Positions 21,712 through 32,562 of a stretch of DNA of 64,000 bases are shown here, piece by piece. This stretch comes from an uncultured virus (IMG/VR IMGVR_UViG_3300021376_000011) (taxonomy: Duplodnaviria > Heunggongvirae > Uroviricota > Caudoviricetes), in IMG/VR virus record IMGVR_UViG_3300021376_000011, one strand, 5' to 3'. Position numbers and translations under genes: made by a program. The notes below the pieces were generated by a model that was not told the DNA's origin, did no database searches, and was given only the letters and a program-made list of their open reading frames with translations. Within the stretch, counting starts at the first letter, position 1. Each line of letters starts with the position of its first letter.

Positions 21712-22395
21712 TTATTTACCTAAATAACTATCCAACTTTGACATCAAATTTTTCATTCTATTTGAGTCTGATGGATTTTCTTGAATTGATTCTTGATATT
21801 GGTCCCTGTCTTTTAAGTCTGAGAATACATATGCACCTGGTGTACTTGGGGATGACACTAAATCAAAACACACTAATTCAAAATCTTCTTGAACAATGTT
21901 TTGACCTTTAATATTTTTTAAAGAACCAACACCTCTTGATGATATACCAAGTGTTGCACCATTCATTAATAACATGGCAGCTTGGTCACCTTTAGTACTA
22001 ACTATTCCCATTTTTTTCCAAGCGGGAGAAGTAAATAATTTTATTTTACCCATAAGGATTTTACCATCCCACCATGTTTCTAAAATCGAATGTGAAACTC
22101 TGTCTAAATCTATTAGTGAAGATGTTGGGTGATTTAGTTCGTTTAATGCACCACCTTTATTTATAATAGATTGATATTTTTCATTTTCTCTCTTAAGAAT
22201 GTCTTCAGGGTAGATTCTACCATTTTTATTTGGTGTATCATATTTTTGTAAAACAGCGTAAAGGACCACATCATCAGAATAGTCCACATCTTTCATTTCA
22301 GAAATAATTTTCTGATTTTCTTTTGGTGATATATAACCAGCGTCGTATTCTATTAGTATACCTTTACCGGTTTCATTTGGGCCGAGTATTTTCAT
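21712..22395 (-). CDS. Prohead protease (T4 gp21-like)
   Basis: NKNGRIYP, ELNHP, DRVSH, GISSRGVGS, FDLVSSPS. Confidence 0.95.
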   Translation of the reverse strand: MKILGPNETGKGILIEYDAGYISPKENQKIISEMKDVDYSDDVVLYAVLQKYDTPNKNGRIYPEDILKRENEKYQSIINKGGALNELNHPTSSLIDLDRVSHSILETWWDGKILMGKIKLFTSPAWKKMGIVSTKGDQAAMLLMNGATLGISSRGVGSLKNIKGQNIVQEDFELVCFDLVSSPSTPGAYVFSDLKDRDQYQESIQENPSDSNRMKNLMSKLDSYLGK

Positions 22396-22425
22396 CCAAC
22401 TTTTTATAATAAATACCTCAGATAC

Positions 22426-22854
22426 TTAATTAATTTTTTTTTCAAAGAAATTAAATAAAGTTTCGTTCGTCAAAACGGTGTCTATTATAGTTTCTGATAA
22501 GTTGGTAATAATATTTTCAACTTCTTTAGAACGCACATCAAAAAATTTATCGACATACAATGTAATTTCAAGGTCCATGAAAGACCTTTTATTTGTTTTT
22601 ATGGCACTAGTTTTAATATCCAAATCAACAATTGATTCTCTTTTAAATAAATCAGAATTTAAACAATAAACTTTTTCTTTTATTTGTCTTCTTGTTTTTG
22701 AAATTAATTTTTCAAAATCGTGGTCGTTTATTGTTGGTTGAGTCCATGAATTTAATTGTACGTAGATTGTTTTTAAGTTTTTACAATCAACCGTTCCGTA
22801 TCCAATTTTTACATTATTGTGAACACCAATTGAAATAAACTTTCCTTTTTTCAT
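22426..22854 (-). CDS. Hypothetical protein
   Basis: 142-aa ORF between the protease and bS21 genes. Confidence 0.6.
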   Translation of the reverse strand: MKKGKFISIGVHNNVKIGYGTVDCKNLKTIYVQLNSWTQPTINDHDFEKLISKTRRQIKEKVYCLNSDLFKRESIVDLDIKTSAIKTNKRSFMDLEITLYVDKFFDVRSKEVENIITNLSETIIDTVLTNETLFNFFEKKIN

Positions 22855-22951
22855 TTAATAATATCATACTTATGTACTTTATGGTGTATTTAAAATATAC
22901 AAAATAAACTTAATAAATCAAAACTTTTTATTTATATTTCAAAAAAAGATT

Positions 22952-23152
22952 ATGATAATCGTAAACGTCAACAAAGAAAAAAACCTTGAATCAGCATTAA
23001 AAAAATACAAATACAAGGTTCAAAAAACTAAACAAATCGAAAAACTTAGAAAAAAACAAGAATATGTTAAACCATCGGTTGAAAAAAGAGATAAAAAATT
23101 AAAGGCGATTTATAAGCAGCAATTGTTTACCGATAAAGAAAAATCAAATTAA
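22952..23152 (+). CDS. rpsU: Ribosomal protein bS21
   Basis: MIIVNV...NLESALKKYKYKVQKTKQIEKLRKKQEYVKPSVEKR is the bS21 pattern; 66 aa and very basic. Confidence 0.9.
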   Translation: MIIVNVNKEKNLESALKKYKYKVQKTKQIEKLRKKQEYVKPSVEKRDKKLKAIYKQQLFTDKEKSN

Positions 23153-23884
23153 ACCATTTTTTAATTCAATTAGTTTATAGTAATTGAATTTTGAAATTTC
23201 CGATTTTTCAACTTCTAATTTTACATTAGTAAGTTTACTAACTACAGAATCTTCAGTAGATTCTTTTAATAGTGAATCTAATTTGTTATTAAGTTCTTTT
23301 TTTACAGAGTTCATTTCATTAATCAATTCCTCATCAGTCATTGATACAATCTTATTGAAAGTTTCTTTTTGTTCCTCATTCAAAAAATCACTATACTTAA
23401 TATTAAAATTATTTACCAACACCGCATTCAATAAAGAATGATTTTCTATTTGAACTGAAGGTTTTTCAAAAATTTCTTTTTTCTTTTCTTGAATCAAATG
23501 AAATATTAAGTTTTCTCTAGCGTCAATCTTAGATGCGATATTGTGCATATTGGTTTCCTCCGAAAGAATATCCAAATCGTTATAAAGTAAATTTGATTCC
23601 GCTACAACGCCTTTGATTGATTTATCAAACTCTTTTATTTCTTTTTTCAAAGATTTAGTTTTTTCTACTAAAATAGGTTCAATAGATTCCACATATAATT
23701 TGGCTTTATCTTTTGATGAAATGTTCAAGTTTTCAATATTTTCATAAAACATATACATTTCAGATAAAGATTTATTTGATTTTAGTTTATTTACTAAATC
23801 TTTAATTTCACCTTTATTATTAGAGGCGTAAGATTCGGTAAGTTTTGTTAATAGTTTTATTTTTAATTTACCAAAGTTTGTCAT
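23144..23884 (-). CDS. Hypothetical head-module protein
   Basis: 246-aa helical ORF immediately downstream of the portal gene. Confidence 0.6.
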   Translation of the reverse strand: MTNFGKLKIKLLTKLTESYASNNKGEIKDLVNKLKSNKSLSEMYMFYENIENLNISSKDKAKLYVESIEPILVEKTKSLKKEIKEFDKSIKGVVAESNLLYNDLDILSEETNMHNIASKIDARENLIFHLIQEKKKEIFEKPSVQIENHSLLNAVLVNNFNIKYSDFLNEEQKETFNKIVSMTDEELINEMNSVKKELNNKLDSLLKESTEDSVVSKLTNVKLEVEKSEISKFNYYKLIELKNGLI

Positions 23885-23889
23885 TTTTG

Positions 23890-25704
23890 TTATTCGTTTA
23901 AGAAGTTTTTAAGTTTATTTTCTATTTCATAAATATTATCTTGAGCTTTATTCATATCAAACAAATCTTCTAATTTGTCATTTTCGTTCAACATACTCAA
24001 TATATTGTGTTTTTTTGTTTCGTTCTCACTCAAAGGAGCGTCTCCACCCCCCGCTGGTGGCGGTGGTGGTGGGGTACCTCCGCCCGTACCCATATTCATA
24101 CCGCCAGCATCGCCGCCAGCCGCATCTCCACCTTCTTGTCTTTCCTCTTCGGGAACCCCATATTTTGAATCAACATCATCAAATACACCACTTCGTTTGA
24201 TAACGTTTTGTGTGTTAGTTAATTCGAAACCAATTGCTCTTTCAATTCTTTGTTGTTGTAAATCAAGAATCACTTCACTGTCACTCATACCAAGAATATT
24301 TTTCTTAGCCCAAGTATGTGAAACAGGTAGGATTCCAATTTGAGATTGGTCAGATGTTGCATCTTTATACAATACAATTTTTTCTTTCCATTGTTCAATT
24401 CTCAACAAATCAGATTGTGCTGACGGGTTTGTTAATGATAATGTGAAATTATCTAATTCATCTTCCAAACCCAATAAGTAAAGATGAATTAATGCTATTT
24501 TATTTAATTCTTGAATTACCGATTTTTGAATTCTGTTGATTGTTCTTGCAAAACGAATATCCATCAACGCGAGAGTTTTACCGTCACCAACAACTTCTTC
24601 AAAACCTAAGAAAGCTTTTGGAATACGAAGTGCCGCCAACATTTTCTTTTGGATATATTCAATGTCGGCAATTTCACCTAAGTTTTGTGCCCCTGCTAAT
24701 GTTTCAATAGGATTTGTTTGAGCTGGGTCACGAACAGGGATGAAATAATCTTGGTCAACCGCCATTTGATTATATCTCATATCAACTTGACCGTTTCTTG
24801 AATCAACCACTTGGTCTCTTTTAAATTTATTAGCCACACGTTGTACATAAGCCTCGATGTCTTTGTCATCCATGTTACCAACAAATATTTTAAAAACCCT
24901 TCTTTCAGGTGCTCTTGTTGTTCTATAAATCAACATAGCATCCTCTGCTAAAAGTAATTGTTTCCAAATTCTTCTAATTTTATCCAACATAGAGGTACCA
25001 TAAGGAAGTTTTCTATCATCACCCAATAATCTAAAATGGGCTATTTCCCAAGCTTGAAATTCTAAATCTTTATTTTTCCATTGAAATCTTAACTCTCTTG
25101 TTGGAAGTTGCATTGAGTTTTGTTGATTTGGTGTTTTGCTTTCTTTACCTTCATGTCTTTCAATTTCAATATTAGGTAATTGTTGACACCCAATAATACC
25201 TCTTTCAGGGTCTATTTTAAGGTAAACAAAGTTATCGCCGTACTTACAAGTACCCCTTGTCCACATTTGTAAGTTAGTGTTCAAATCTAACCTATTCATA
25301 AACAAATCATCAAGAATAATTTTGACTCTTGATGATTCTGAAAAAATAGTTAATATTTCACCTTTTTCAGATAATGTTGTTGATTCTTCGGCGTATATAT
25401 CTAAAGCGGCAGAAATTTCAGGAGTAAATTCCATCGATTCATAATCGTAATATGCTGACAACCTATTTGGTTCGTAATATACCGATTGATTATAAAGAGA
25501 TTGGTCAAGTTTTGTCCACTTGTCTGCAATGTATTGACTCTGCTGAGCTTGTAGCATCGATTTTTCATACTCCTCCCTACTATTTGTTTTTAGTATTTGT
25601 TCTTTATCAAAATTGAAAGACGGAGCCTCCTCAGGAGTTACCCTACCAGGGAACCCAAACATTTTTGTTAATCTCTGAAATACCGTTAAATTACTTTCCG
25701 CCAT
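23890..25704 (-). CDS. Portal protein (T4 gp20-like)
   Basis: PEISAALD, LLAEDAMLIYRTTRAPERRVF, DYFIPVR, IETLAGAQNLGEIADIEY. Confidence 0.95.
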   Translation of the reverse strand: MAESNLTVFQRLTKMFGFPGRVTPEEAPSFNFDKEQILKTNSREEYEKSMLQAQQSQYIADKWTKLDQSLYNQSVYYEPNRLSAYYDYESMEFTPEISAALDIYAEESTTLSEKGEILTIFSESSRVKIILDDLFMNRLDLNTNLQMWTRGTCKYGDNFVYLKIDPERGIIGCQQLPNIEIERHEGKESKTPNQQNSMQLPTRELRFQWKNKDLEFQAWEIAHFRLLGDDRKLPYGTSMLDKIRRIWKQLLLAEDAMLIYRTTRAPERRVFKIFVGNMDDKDIEAYVQRVANKFKRDQVVDSRNGQVDMRYNQMAVDQDYFIPVRDPAQTNPIETLAGAQNLGEIADIEYIQKKMLAALRIPKAFLGFEEVVGDGKTLALMDIRFARTINRIQKSVIQELNKIALIHLYLLGLEDELDNFTLSLTNPSAQSDLLRIEQWKEKIVLYKDATSDQSQIGILPVSHTWAKKNILGMSDSEVILDLQQQRIERAIGFELTNTQNVIKRSGVFDDVDSKYGVPEEERQEGGDAAGGDAGGMNMGTGGGTPPPPPPAGGGDAPLSENETKKHNILSMLNENDKLEDLFDMNKAQDNIYEIENKLKNFLNE

Positions 25705-25756
25705 GTATATAAATAGTTTAAGAGAATATAATTAATTTTATTATTATAATAAAGGA

Positions 25757-27532
25757 TTATCTTTTTTTATTAAACAACCAAGAGTACCGAGAGTATTGTT
25801 CTTTTGTTGCGTTGTTATTATGTCTTGGAATATTGGGGTCATTATCCACTGACATTGAACCTATTTGGTCAAACGCTGTTCCGTATGAATAAAATGATTT
25901 ATTTGGTTCATATGTTCTTTCGGACAATGTCCAAGATTCTAACATCGCTTTATTAGCATTCTCGTTTTTAGTTAGTTGTGCAAATGAAATATCACCAACA
26001 TATAATGCCATTGACATACTCATAATCGCATCATCGTGAGCCCCTTTCATGTGGTCAGGTCTACCATTTATATAAACAAATGTGTTTAATTCATTCATTA
26101 ATCTCGCAGACCTAACTTGAAACCCTTTTCTTAATTGTTCTTCAAAAGCAGCAACAATTTGTGTCCTTTTATTGTTAAAGTTAATACCTGGAATTTTTTC
26201 CAACGCTTTAGAGTTGTACTCCCAAATATTTTTGGTATTAATTCCATCTATATAAAGATTTTTATAATTTAACTCTTGTAGTTTTCTTGATGTTGCAACA
26301 CCCATACCACCGGTAATATCAACCACAATAAAAGCTTCATAAAGTATCCCCCATTTATATGCGACCGAAGCCAAATCATCAGGTGGTATTTTACCAACAT
26401 ATTCCGCCACTTGTTCTCTTTCATCAAAATCTATGATACTAATTGCAGAAAAGTCCTCACTATCACCTCTTGAAACGTCTACACCCATAATATATTTATG
26501 ACCCTGTACGGGTTCTTTCCATTGCCAAAAAGTACCATGCATATACTTTTCTTTTGGGTCCCTCAGCATGTTTTTAACAATATTATCTTGTACTTCAGTT
26601 GGAATTACACCGTCCCCTGAACCAAGAAAATCACATTCTAATTCTTGGGATATTTTTCTTCTATCAAACTTGAATTTTTTACACATTGATTCAAACCAAG
26701 AAGATAAAGGTTTAAAACCTTCTTCTTCGTATTGTTTGTAATTTTCAATATCAAAATCAGTCATTACAATATCATCATCGTTATATTGTTCTCTATTCAA
26801 CATGTAATGAACAATATCATTACATTTAACCCATCTCAAATCTTTTGTGTAACGAGGGTCTTTGAACCATCTAAGGTCGGTAATGTGAAAATCATTTACA
26901 GCTCTAATTGCTTGGTCATAAACACCATAATAAATCGGGTCAAAACCGTTTGGGGTAGAAATAAGAATAATCTTACCACCCGTAGATAATGACGCCATAG
27001 ACGCTGCCCAAAAGTCTTCACCCGCCTCAATATACGCAGCTTCGTCAAATATAAGAATTGTAGGTGTATAACCACGTAAAGCATCCGCAGAAGTTGCAAC
27101 TGCTTTCACTTCGCAACCATTGTTTAACCTAAATCTACTTTCTGAGTTTTTATCGGGTGAAAATCCTACATTAATCCAATCAGGCCACTGGTCTAAAAAA
27201 TGTCTAATCTTGTTAGCCATTTCAACCGCGGTGTCTTTTTTGTTTGCGATAATAAGAACTCTTTCAGGGTTCTCGGGTTTTGCTAATTGTAATTTTTTAG
27301 AAATCCAAGCGGCAGTAACCGTGGTCACACCCGCTTGTCTATACTTTCTTGTGATATTTTCATTGTAATCCTCGTAATCTTTTAATAATTGAATTTGGTC
27401 AGGAAAAAGTTTTAATGGAACAAATCTTTTTTGAGTATTATCGTAAGTCTGTAGGTATGTTCTCAAAGCATATGGTGTATCTTTTAAAATACGGGCATAC
27501 TCTTTTAATTGTTCTATTTTTTGATTACTCAT
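25757..27532 (-). CDS. Terminase large subunit (T4 gp17-like)
   Basis: KYRQAGVTT (Walker A), LIFDEAA, ISTPNG, MGVDVSRG, HDDAIM. Confidence 0.95.
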   Translation of the reverse strand: MSNQKIEQLKEYARILKDTPYALRTYLQTYDNTQKRFVPLKLFPDQIQLLKDYEDYNENITRKYRQAGVTTVTAAWISKKLQLAKPENPERVLIIANKKDTAVEMANKIRHFLDQWPDWINVGFSPDKNSESRFRLNNGCEVKAVATSADALRGYTPTILIFDEAAYIEAGEDFWAASMASLSTGGKIILISTPNGFDPIYYGVYDQAIRAVNDFHITDLRWFKDPRYTKDLRWVKCNDIVHYMLNREQYNDDDIVMTDFDIENYKQYEEEGFKPLSSWFESMCKKFKFDRRKISQELECDFLGSGDGVIPTEVQDNIVKNMLRDPKEKYMHGTFWQWKEPVQGHKYIMGVDVSRGDSEDFSAISIIDFDEREQVAEYVGKIPPDDLASVAYKWGILYEAFIVVDITGGMGVATSRKLQELNYKNLYIDGINTKNIWEYNSKALEKIPGINFNNKRTQIVAAFEEQLRKGFQVRSARLMNELNTFVYINGRPDHMKGAHDDAIMSMSMALYVGDISFAQLTKNENANKAMLESWTLSERTYEPNKSFYSYGTAFDQIGSMSVDNDPNIPRHNNNATKEQYSRYSWLFNKKR

Positions 27533-27548
27533 ATATATAAATATGAAA

Positions 27549-27571
27549 AAGGGTGGTTAAAAACCACCCTT
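27549..27571 (-). terminator. Intrinsic terminator
   Basis: AAGGGTGGTT-AAA-AACCACCCTT hairpin with a U-tract on the minus strand. Confidence 0.7.
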
Positions 27572-27578
27572 CGAACTT

Positions 27579-29021
27579 TTATACTATGGGACCTTGTGGG
27601 TCATCATCGTCATCTGTTAATCGTATACCAAGACCACCCAAGAAGTTTCCCAAATCATCATCATCTGTTTTATCTGTGATTCGTTCCAATTCTTGGTTAA
27701 ATCTATTAATTGCGTCATTGTAATTTTTATCTCTTAACATTTGACCGATACCTTGAAGTAGTACCCCCATCAATCTTTTACCTTCACCAGAACCTGAAAC
27801 AACTTCTTTTGTGAATACTAAAAATTCTTTCGCCGGTAATCTAAAGATACTGGTAACTAGGTAATTTTGAAGATAATATGATTCTTCTTCATTAAAAATT
27901 TCATCAGGGAATTGTTGTCTGATTCTATCATAAATTGCTGGTCCTAATCTTAAATCCCATACCTCTTTTTCTAACGTATCTTCTGATTGTTCAATTTCAG
28001 CGAATCTTGGGTCTTCTTTACCTTCATCATCTTTTGGTCTTCCTTGTATACCAAATAACTCATATGTACCTTTAATTAATTCGTGCACTAAAATTGGGAA
28101 ATTTACCGCTTCTACATAAACTGTTGGTGGTGTTGTACTACGTTTTACTTGTTCTTTTCCACCCATACCAGCACCTCCCATCATACCTTTCATTTGGTTA
28201 TCACTTAATTGCCAGTATAATGTATCATTTATTGACATTAAAATACCGTAGTTAGCAACCAAATTGTTAGAACCTGTAATTTCAGCAAGTTTGTCCGCAA
28301 CATACGAATACATGTAGTGACCCTTTTTAGAGACACCTTGTATCATTGCGTTAATCATTCTTCTTTTAGCTCTTTCAAAATCCATTTTTTCCAAATCAGT
28401 GGCTAAGTCTTTTTCAACATCAACAGGGTCAATATTTTGTTGTTGTTGCATTTCTCGATTGAAACCCTCAGGATTTACTTGACCTTGACCGACAAGTTTT
28501 GCATCATATTGTATTTTGTACTTTTTACTACCATCTGGTAATCTATAAAAAACTTTATAAATTCCATTATCGAATTCAATTCCACCATTATCACCCTCAC
28601 TTAAAGTTGATTTTTCCTTTCTACTTAAAACAGGAATTTCATCAACAGCCAACCTAATACCTAACGCAATCAATTCCGGTCTATGATTTTCTTCTGCTTG
28701 TACAATTTCATTATGTGCAGTCATCATCATTTGTACCAACGGCATTATCCCACTCTCATCATCTGTTAATCTAACGTTTGAACCAGTAAGTTCCCTCAAT
28801 CTTGCAACAACTTGTCTGTATCTTTCAGATGCTAATAATTCTTGGAAATTTTTATTTGGTTCATCACCCGTTTTGGGTAGAGGGACTTTTTTAAGTGGAG
28901 TATCACCCGTAGAAAGAGTTCTCTGTATGTCTATGTTCGGTCTATCTTCCGAATCAAAATCCATTGGCATTTCGTTTATATCTTCCAGTAAAGATACTAA
29001 ATCTTTTTTCTTGAATTTCAT
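27579..29021 (-). CDS. Conserved hypothetical large-phage protein
   Basis: 480-aa ORF; KRRMINAMIQG, FPILVHELIKG, EVWDLRLGP motifs. Confidence 0.6.
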   Translation of the reverse strand: MKFKKKDLVSLLEDINEMPMDFDSEDRPNIDIQRTLSTGDTPLKKVPLPKTGDEPNKNFQELLASERYRQVVARLRELTGSNVRLTDDESGIMPLVQMMMTAHNEIVQAEENHRPELIALGIRLAVDEIPVLSRKEKSTLSEGDNGGIEFDNGIYKVFYRLPDGSKKYKIQYDAKLVGQGQVNPEGFNREMQQQQNIDPVDVEKDLATDLEKMDFERAKRRMINAMIQGVSKKGHYMYSYVADKLAEITGSNNLVANYGILMSINDTLYWQLSDNQMKGMMGGAGMGGKEQVKRSTTPPTVYVEAVNFPILVHELIKGTYELFGIQGRPKDDEGKEDPRFAEIEQSEDTLEKEVWDLRLGPAIYDRIRQQFPDEIFNEEESYYLQNYLVTSIFRLPAKEFLVFTKEVVSGSGEGKRLMGVLLQGIGQMLRDKNYNDAINRFNQELERITDKTDDDDLGNFLGGLGIRLTDDDDDPQGPIV

Positions 29022-29824
29022 TTTTTAATTTTTTTCTTTTCGGCTAACGCCTTTGGTTTAGTATCAGGACCTGGTTGTGGTTCAAACGGGTCAAACGGTT
29101 CGTCTTCTTGTGGTCTTGTTGGTGTTTTTGGTTTGGTTGGTGTTTCTGTTGGTGTTTCAACAGGTGCTGGTTGGGCTGCAGCCATGATTGCATCATAAGT
29201 CATAAACTCAGGTACACCATTGTGACCTTTTTTCGCTCTTGTTGCCGGCATTGGTTGAAACGTCGCTTCCATTTTTTCACTAATAATATTCATGATGTCA
29301 TTTTTAGATGTAAAATTACTGTATTTTGATTCAGTCAAATCTAACACCCATTCTTCAACTTCTGAAACACTTTCGTTCATTTTTTTCTTCCAACCTTGTT
29401 TTGCTCTAATAGCAAATTTTATTTCGGCTTCTTGGTCTATAATTTTTTTAGGTACTTTTTTACCTTCGTCTTGATATTTCTTACTTTTTTCTTTTAAAGA
29501 ATTAAGTTCTTTTTTTAGTTCTACAACTGACTTACCAGCGTGTTCACCGGTTTTTTTAACCTTGGTATCACCCTCCCATTTTTCATTTACACCCCCATGT
29601 TTTTTGTCCTTACATTTAGGACATACTTTAGATTCGTAAGTTTCAATGGTTTTACCATCGGCTTTAGCTGCTTCGATATCTTTTAAATTATTCGCTTTAA
29701 TCATAACAGCTTCTTTAAGAACTGTTTTAGATAAAGTTATAAGTTCGTTATCACTTAAACGAGAAAGAGTTCTCTCTGAAAACCCTTCCATTATTAATTC
29801 TTCAATGACTAATCTTCTATTCAT
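29018..29824 (-). CDS. Hypothetical protein with Pro-rich tail
   Basis: 268-aa ORF coupled to both neighbours. Confidence 0.6.
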   Translation of the reverse strand: MNRRLVIEELIMEGFSERTLSRLSDNELITLSKTVLKEAVMIKANNLKDIEAAKADGKTIETYESKVCPKCKDKKHGGVNEKWEGDTKVKKTGEHAGKSVVELKKELNSLKEKSKKYQDEGKKVPKKIIDQEAEIKFAIRAKQGWKKKMNESVSEVEEWVLDLTESKYSNFTSKNDIMNIISEKMEATFQPMPATRAKKGHNGVPEFMTYDAIMAAAQPAPVETPTETPTKPKTPTRPQEDEPFDPFEPQPGPDTKPKALAEKKKIKK

Positions 29825-30222
29825 GATTCTTTGAATTTTATTGATTTTTTTTCAAGGGAGATATTCCTTTCTTTTAATTTTTTTGAAACATTTTCATATG
29901 ACTCACCAAAACGGAAAAATAACCTATCTTCTTCTAAATCAAAATTAGATTTTTCCCACGCCATAGCAATTATACCATCTACAGCATCAATAACACCGAA
30001 ATAGTCTGAATTTTGTATTAATTCAAAAACTATTTCGGTGTCTTTCAGTAGACCAACTTGGTCTATATATTCAATGTTTGGTGATTTTGGTGTGGATGTT
30101 GATGATGCGGGTATGTCAAACCATTCGTCCATGTCTATCTCAGTTGATTCACTAAAAATGAATTCATACTGTTTTTGACCCTTATAATCGGTTCCAATTT
30201 CGTTGACATATATAAGTCGCAT
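29821..30222 (-). CDS. Hypothetical protein
   Basis: 133-aa ORF; YEFIFS and DAVDGIIAMAWE. Confidence 0.6.
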   Translation of the reverse strand: MRLIYVNEIGTDYKGQKQYEFIFSESTEIDMDEWFDIPASSTSTPKSPNIEYIDQVGLLKDTEIVFELIQNSDYFGVIDAVDGIIAMAWEKSNFDLEEDRLFFRFGESYENVSKKLKERNISLEKKSIKFKES

Positions 30223-30223
30223 T

Positions 30224-31285
30224 TTACTTAAAGTATTTACCTAAAGTATTAGATATTGTTTTGTTAATTTCTTTTTTGATTTCGTCCAAATCGATTTCCT
30301 TAACATCATCACCACCTAAATCAGCGTATTTTGATAAATCAATTTCTTCTTCCGTTGACATTGGTGTGTTTATAAAACTTTCCAATTTGTCCATTGCGTG
30401 CATTTCACCTAAATCAGCGTCAGCAGTTGGTTCAGCTGGTGTAGTATCGTCATCAGCAGGAACGTCAGACATATCATCAGATGGTTCGTCAGATAACTCT
30501 ACATCATCCTCAATATCCCTATCGAATTTTTTACCAATCTCTTCGATATCATCATCCTCCAACTTATCTAAATCTACTGCCGAAATAACCATGTTAAGGA
30601 CATATTTGATATCGTCACTTTCCATTTTATCTTTTTGGTCTCTTAGTTCTTGTCCTAATTTTCCTGCAAATTTTTGGATTTCAGTCATATAGTCAGATGG
30701 TTTACCTGATTCATCAGATGGTAAATCATCACCCATTTCGTCCCCTTCAGGTGCCATTGGAGTATTACTTTCGGGAGCCATTGGGACATCACTTTCGGGA
30801 GCCATTGGGACATCACCACCCATTTCAGGTGATGGTGGTACGTCACCCTCAGGAGCTACGGGAGCTGGCGGAACCTCACCCATTTCTGGTGATGAAACAG
30901 GAGCTTCGTTAGCGGGTTCTGAAGTTGGTTTTTGTTTTAAAACGTACTTAGTTGCTTCATTTAATTCACGTCCAGATAATAACTCTAATCTTTTTAGTGC
31001 TTCCGCATATGAATTAAATTTATTTTTATTTTTCATGAATAGACCACCGATGTAGTCTAATGAATTTTCGTTTAAACCTTTTTTAACGTAGTATCCATCT
31101 TTTTCTCTTACAATACCAAATCTGAAACCACTTACGGATTCAGAAAGATATTCAGTTTTAGATACTGGTGATTGGTTAGGGGTAGATGATTTTTTATCAT
31201 TACCGTAATAGGTCAACTCGAGGATACGTCTTAGTTTGTCGTCTCCGTTAAGTTTTTCGCTTCCTAATGGTTTTAAATCTGCCAT
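30224..31285 (-). CDS. Acidic Pro-rich head-associated hypothetical protein
   Basis: 353 aa; DVPMAPES duplication (24-bp repeat near 30768-30815); late motif at 31323. Confidence 0.6.
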   Translation of the reverse strand: MADLKPLGSEKLNGDDKLRRILELTYYGNDKKSSTPNQSPVSKTEYLSESVSGFRFGIVREKDGYYVKKGLNENSLDYIGGLFMKNKNKFNSYAEALKRLELLSGRELNEATKYVLKQKPTSEPANEAPVSSPEMGEVPPAPVAPEGDVPPSPEMGGDVPMAPESDVPMAPESNTPMAPEGDEMGDDLPSDESGKPSDYMTEIQKFAGKLGQELRDQKDKMESDDIKYVLNMVISAVDLDKLEDDDIEEIGKKFDRDIEDDVELSDEPSDDMSDVPADDDTTPAEPTADADLGEMHAMDKLESFINTPMSTEEEIDLSKYADLGGDDVKEIDLDEIKKEINKTISNTLGKYFK

Positions 31286-31359
31286 TGCTTTAAATGTTGA
31301 TAATTATATTATTCTTGTATCCTATAAATACATGCATATAGATAAAAAATTTACTGTTT

Positions 31360-32148
31360 CTATTGCGGTAAGGACAATTTTTTATTTCGTATTGAACTTT
31401 TGATATTAAAAAGTTTTTCGATAAATCCATTTCTTCTTAATAATTTGAAGGTTAAATTTTCATAGGAATATTCACCTCCTTTTTCTAATCCTGATTGTCT
31501 GAATTTTTTTAGCTTGTCTTTTAGGGTTTTTATTTCTTTTGAAACATCTCGACCTTTATTGTTTAAATCTTCTAAACGTTCTACTTCTTTTGCGTATTCC
31601 TCGGATTTTTCTAAAATTTTCTTCTCATCGATTTCAAAAGCTGATTCAAATTTTTTAGGTTCAATAACCCAATCATTATTCAAAACCGAGTAAACACCTG
31701 TTGCAAAATACTTGTCATCCACGTCTTGAACATACATCTCCACTTCATATCCTTTAATTTTAATATCGGTGGTCTCGTTCCACAATCTTCGTTTTACATC
31801 AAAAAATTCTTGTACGATTTGGTGATAAACAACTAAATCTTTAGACTCTGATTCATCAAATTCGTCATAATCAATTAATATGTGGATATCAACGTCTGAA
31901 TATTCAGACCAATTATAGTTTGCTAATGAACCAATAAAAATAATATCATAGATGAAAAAATTAACCCCAACAAAGTCGATAAATTCTTCTGTTATTTCTA
32001 ACATTTTTTTTCGAACTTCTGAATTTAAAACAGATTTACCATTATTAATATCAAAGATATCGTTAGGCAATGAATCCTTTGGAACAAAAGATTTTACAAT
32101 CTCTTTGTTCTTTTCCATGTCTTCAATTATTTCGTCAATTACACTCAT
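31360..32148 (-). CDS. Pol-beta-superfamily nucleotidyltransferase-like protein
   Basis: IGSLANYNWSEYSDVDIHIL (hGS-x-DxD) with a later acidic VEMYVQD strand. Confidence 0.7.
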   Translation of the reverse strand: MSVIDEIIEDMEKNKEIVKSFVPKDSLPNDIFDINNGKSVLNSEVRKKMLEITEEFIDFVGVNFFIYDIIFIGSLANYNWSEYSDVDIHILIDYDEFDESESKDLVVYHQIVQEFFDVKRRLWNETTDIKIKGYEVEMYVQDVDDKYFATGVYSVLNNDWVIEPKKFESAFEIDEKKILEKSEEYAKEVERLEDLNNKGRDVSKEIKTLKDKLKKFRQSGLEKGGEYSYENLTFKLLRRNGFIEKLFNIKSSIRNKKLSLPQ

Positions 32149-32390
32149 TTGATTTTTTTATATTTATACGTTCTCGATATATTCGAATTAAAAAATTTAC
32201 CTTGAGATTCTGATTTTTTAAAATTTTCAAAAATCTCTAGTGGCACATTTTCATATTCATAAATAGAACCATTATTAAATTCAATCGATAAATGGTTTTC
32301 AGAGGAATTATAAATCGCTCGATTCAGATTTGATGATGAAACCACAACCTCTGTAATGTTACCTTCTGTTTTTTCTAAAATAATTGACAT
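32145..32390 (-). CDS. KTSC domain protein
   Basis: VSSSNL...IYNS...LSIEFNNGSIYEYENVP...SESQGKFFNSNI. Confidence 0.9.
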   Translation of the reverse strand: MSIILEKTEGNITEVVVSSSNLNRAIYNSSENHLSIEFNNGSIYEYENVPLEIFENFKKSESQGKFFNSNISRTYKYKKIK

Positions 32391-32562
32391 AATTTTTTTT
32401 TTAGATATTAGTATACATAATAAATATCAAATAAAAAACCCCTTGTAGGGGTGTCATTTTTTATTTATGTTTGTGGAAACAGGTATTCCTAAAAACAACT
32501 TCTCGGAGTCAACATTTGTTTTTACGGGATTCTTTTTGTATACTTAAAGAAAATTATTTCGT

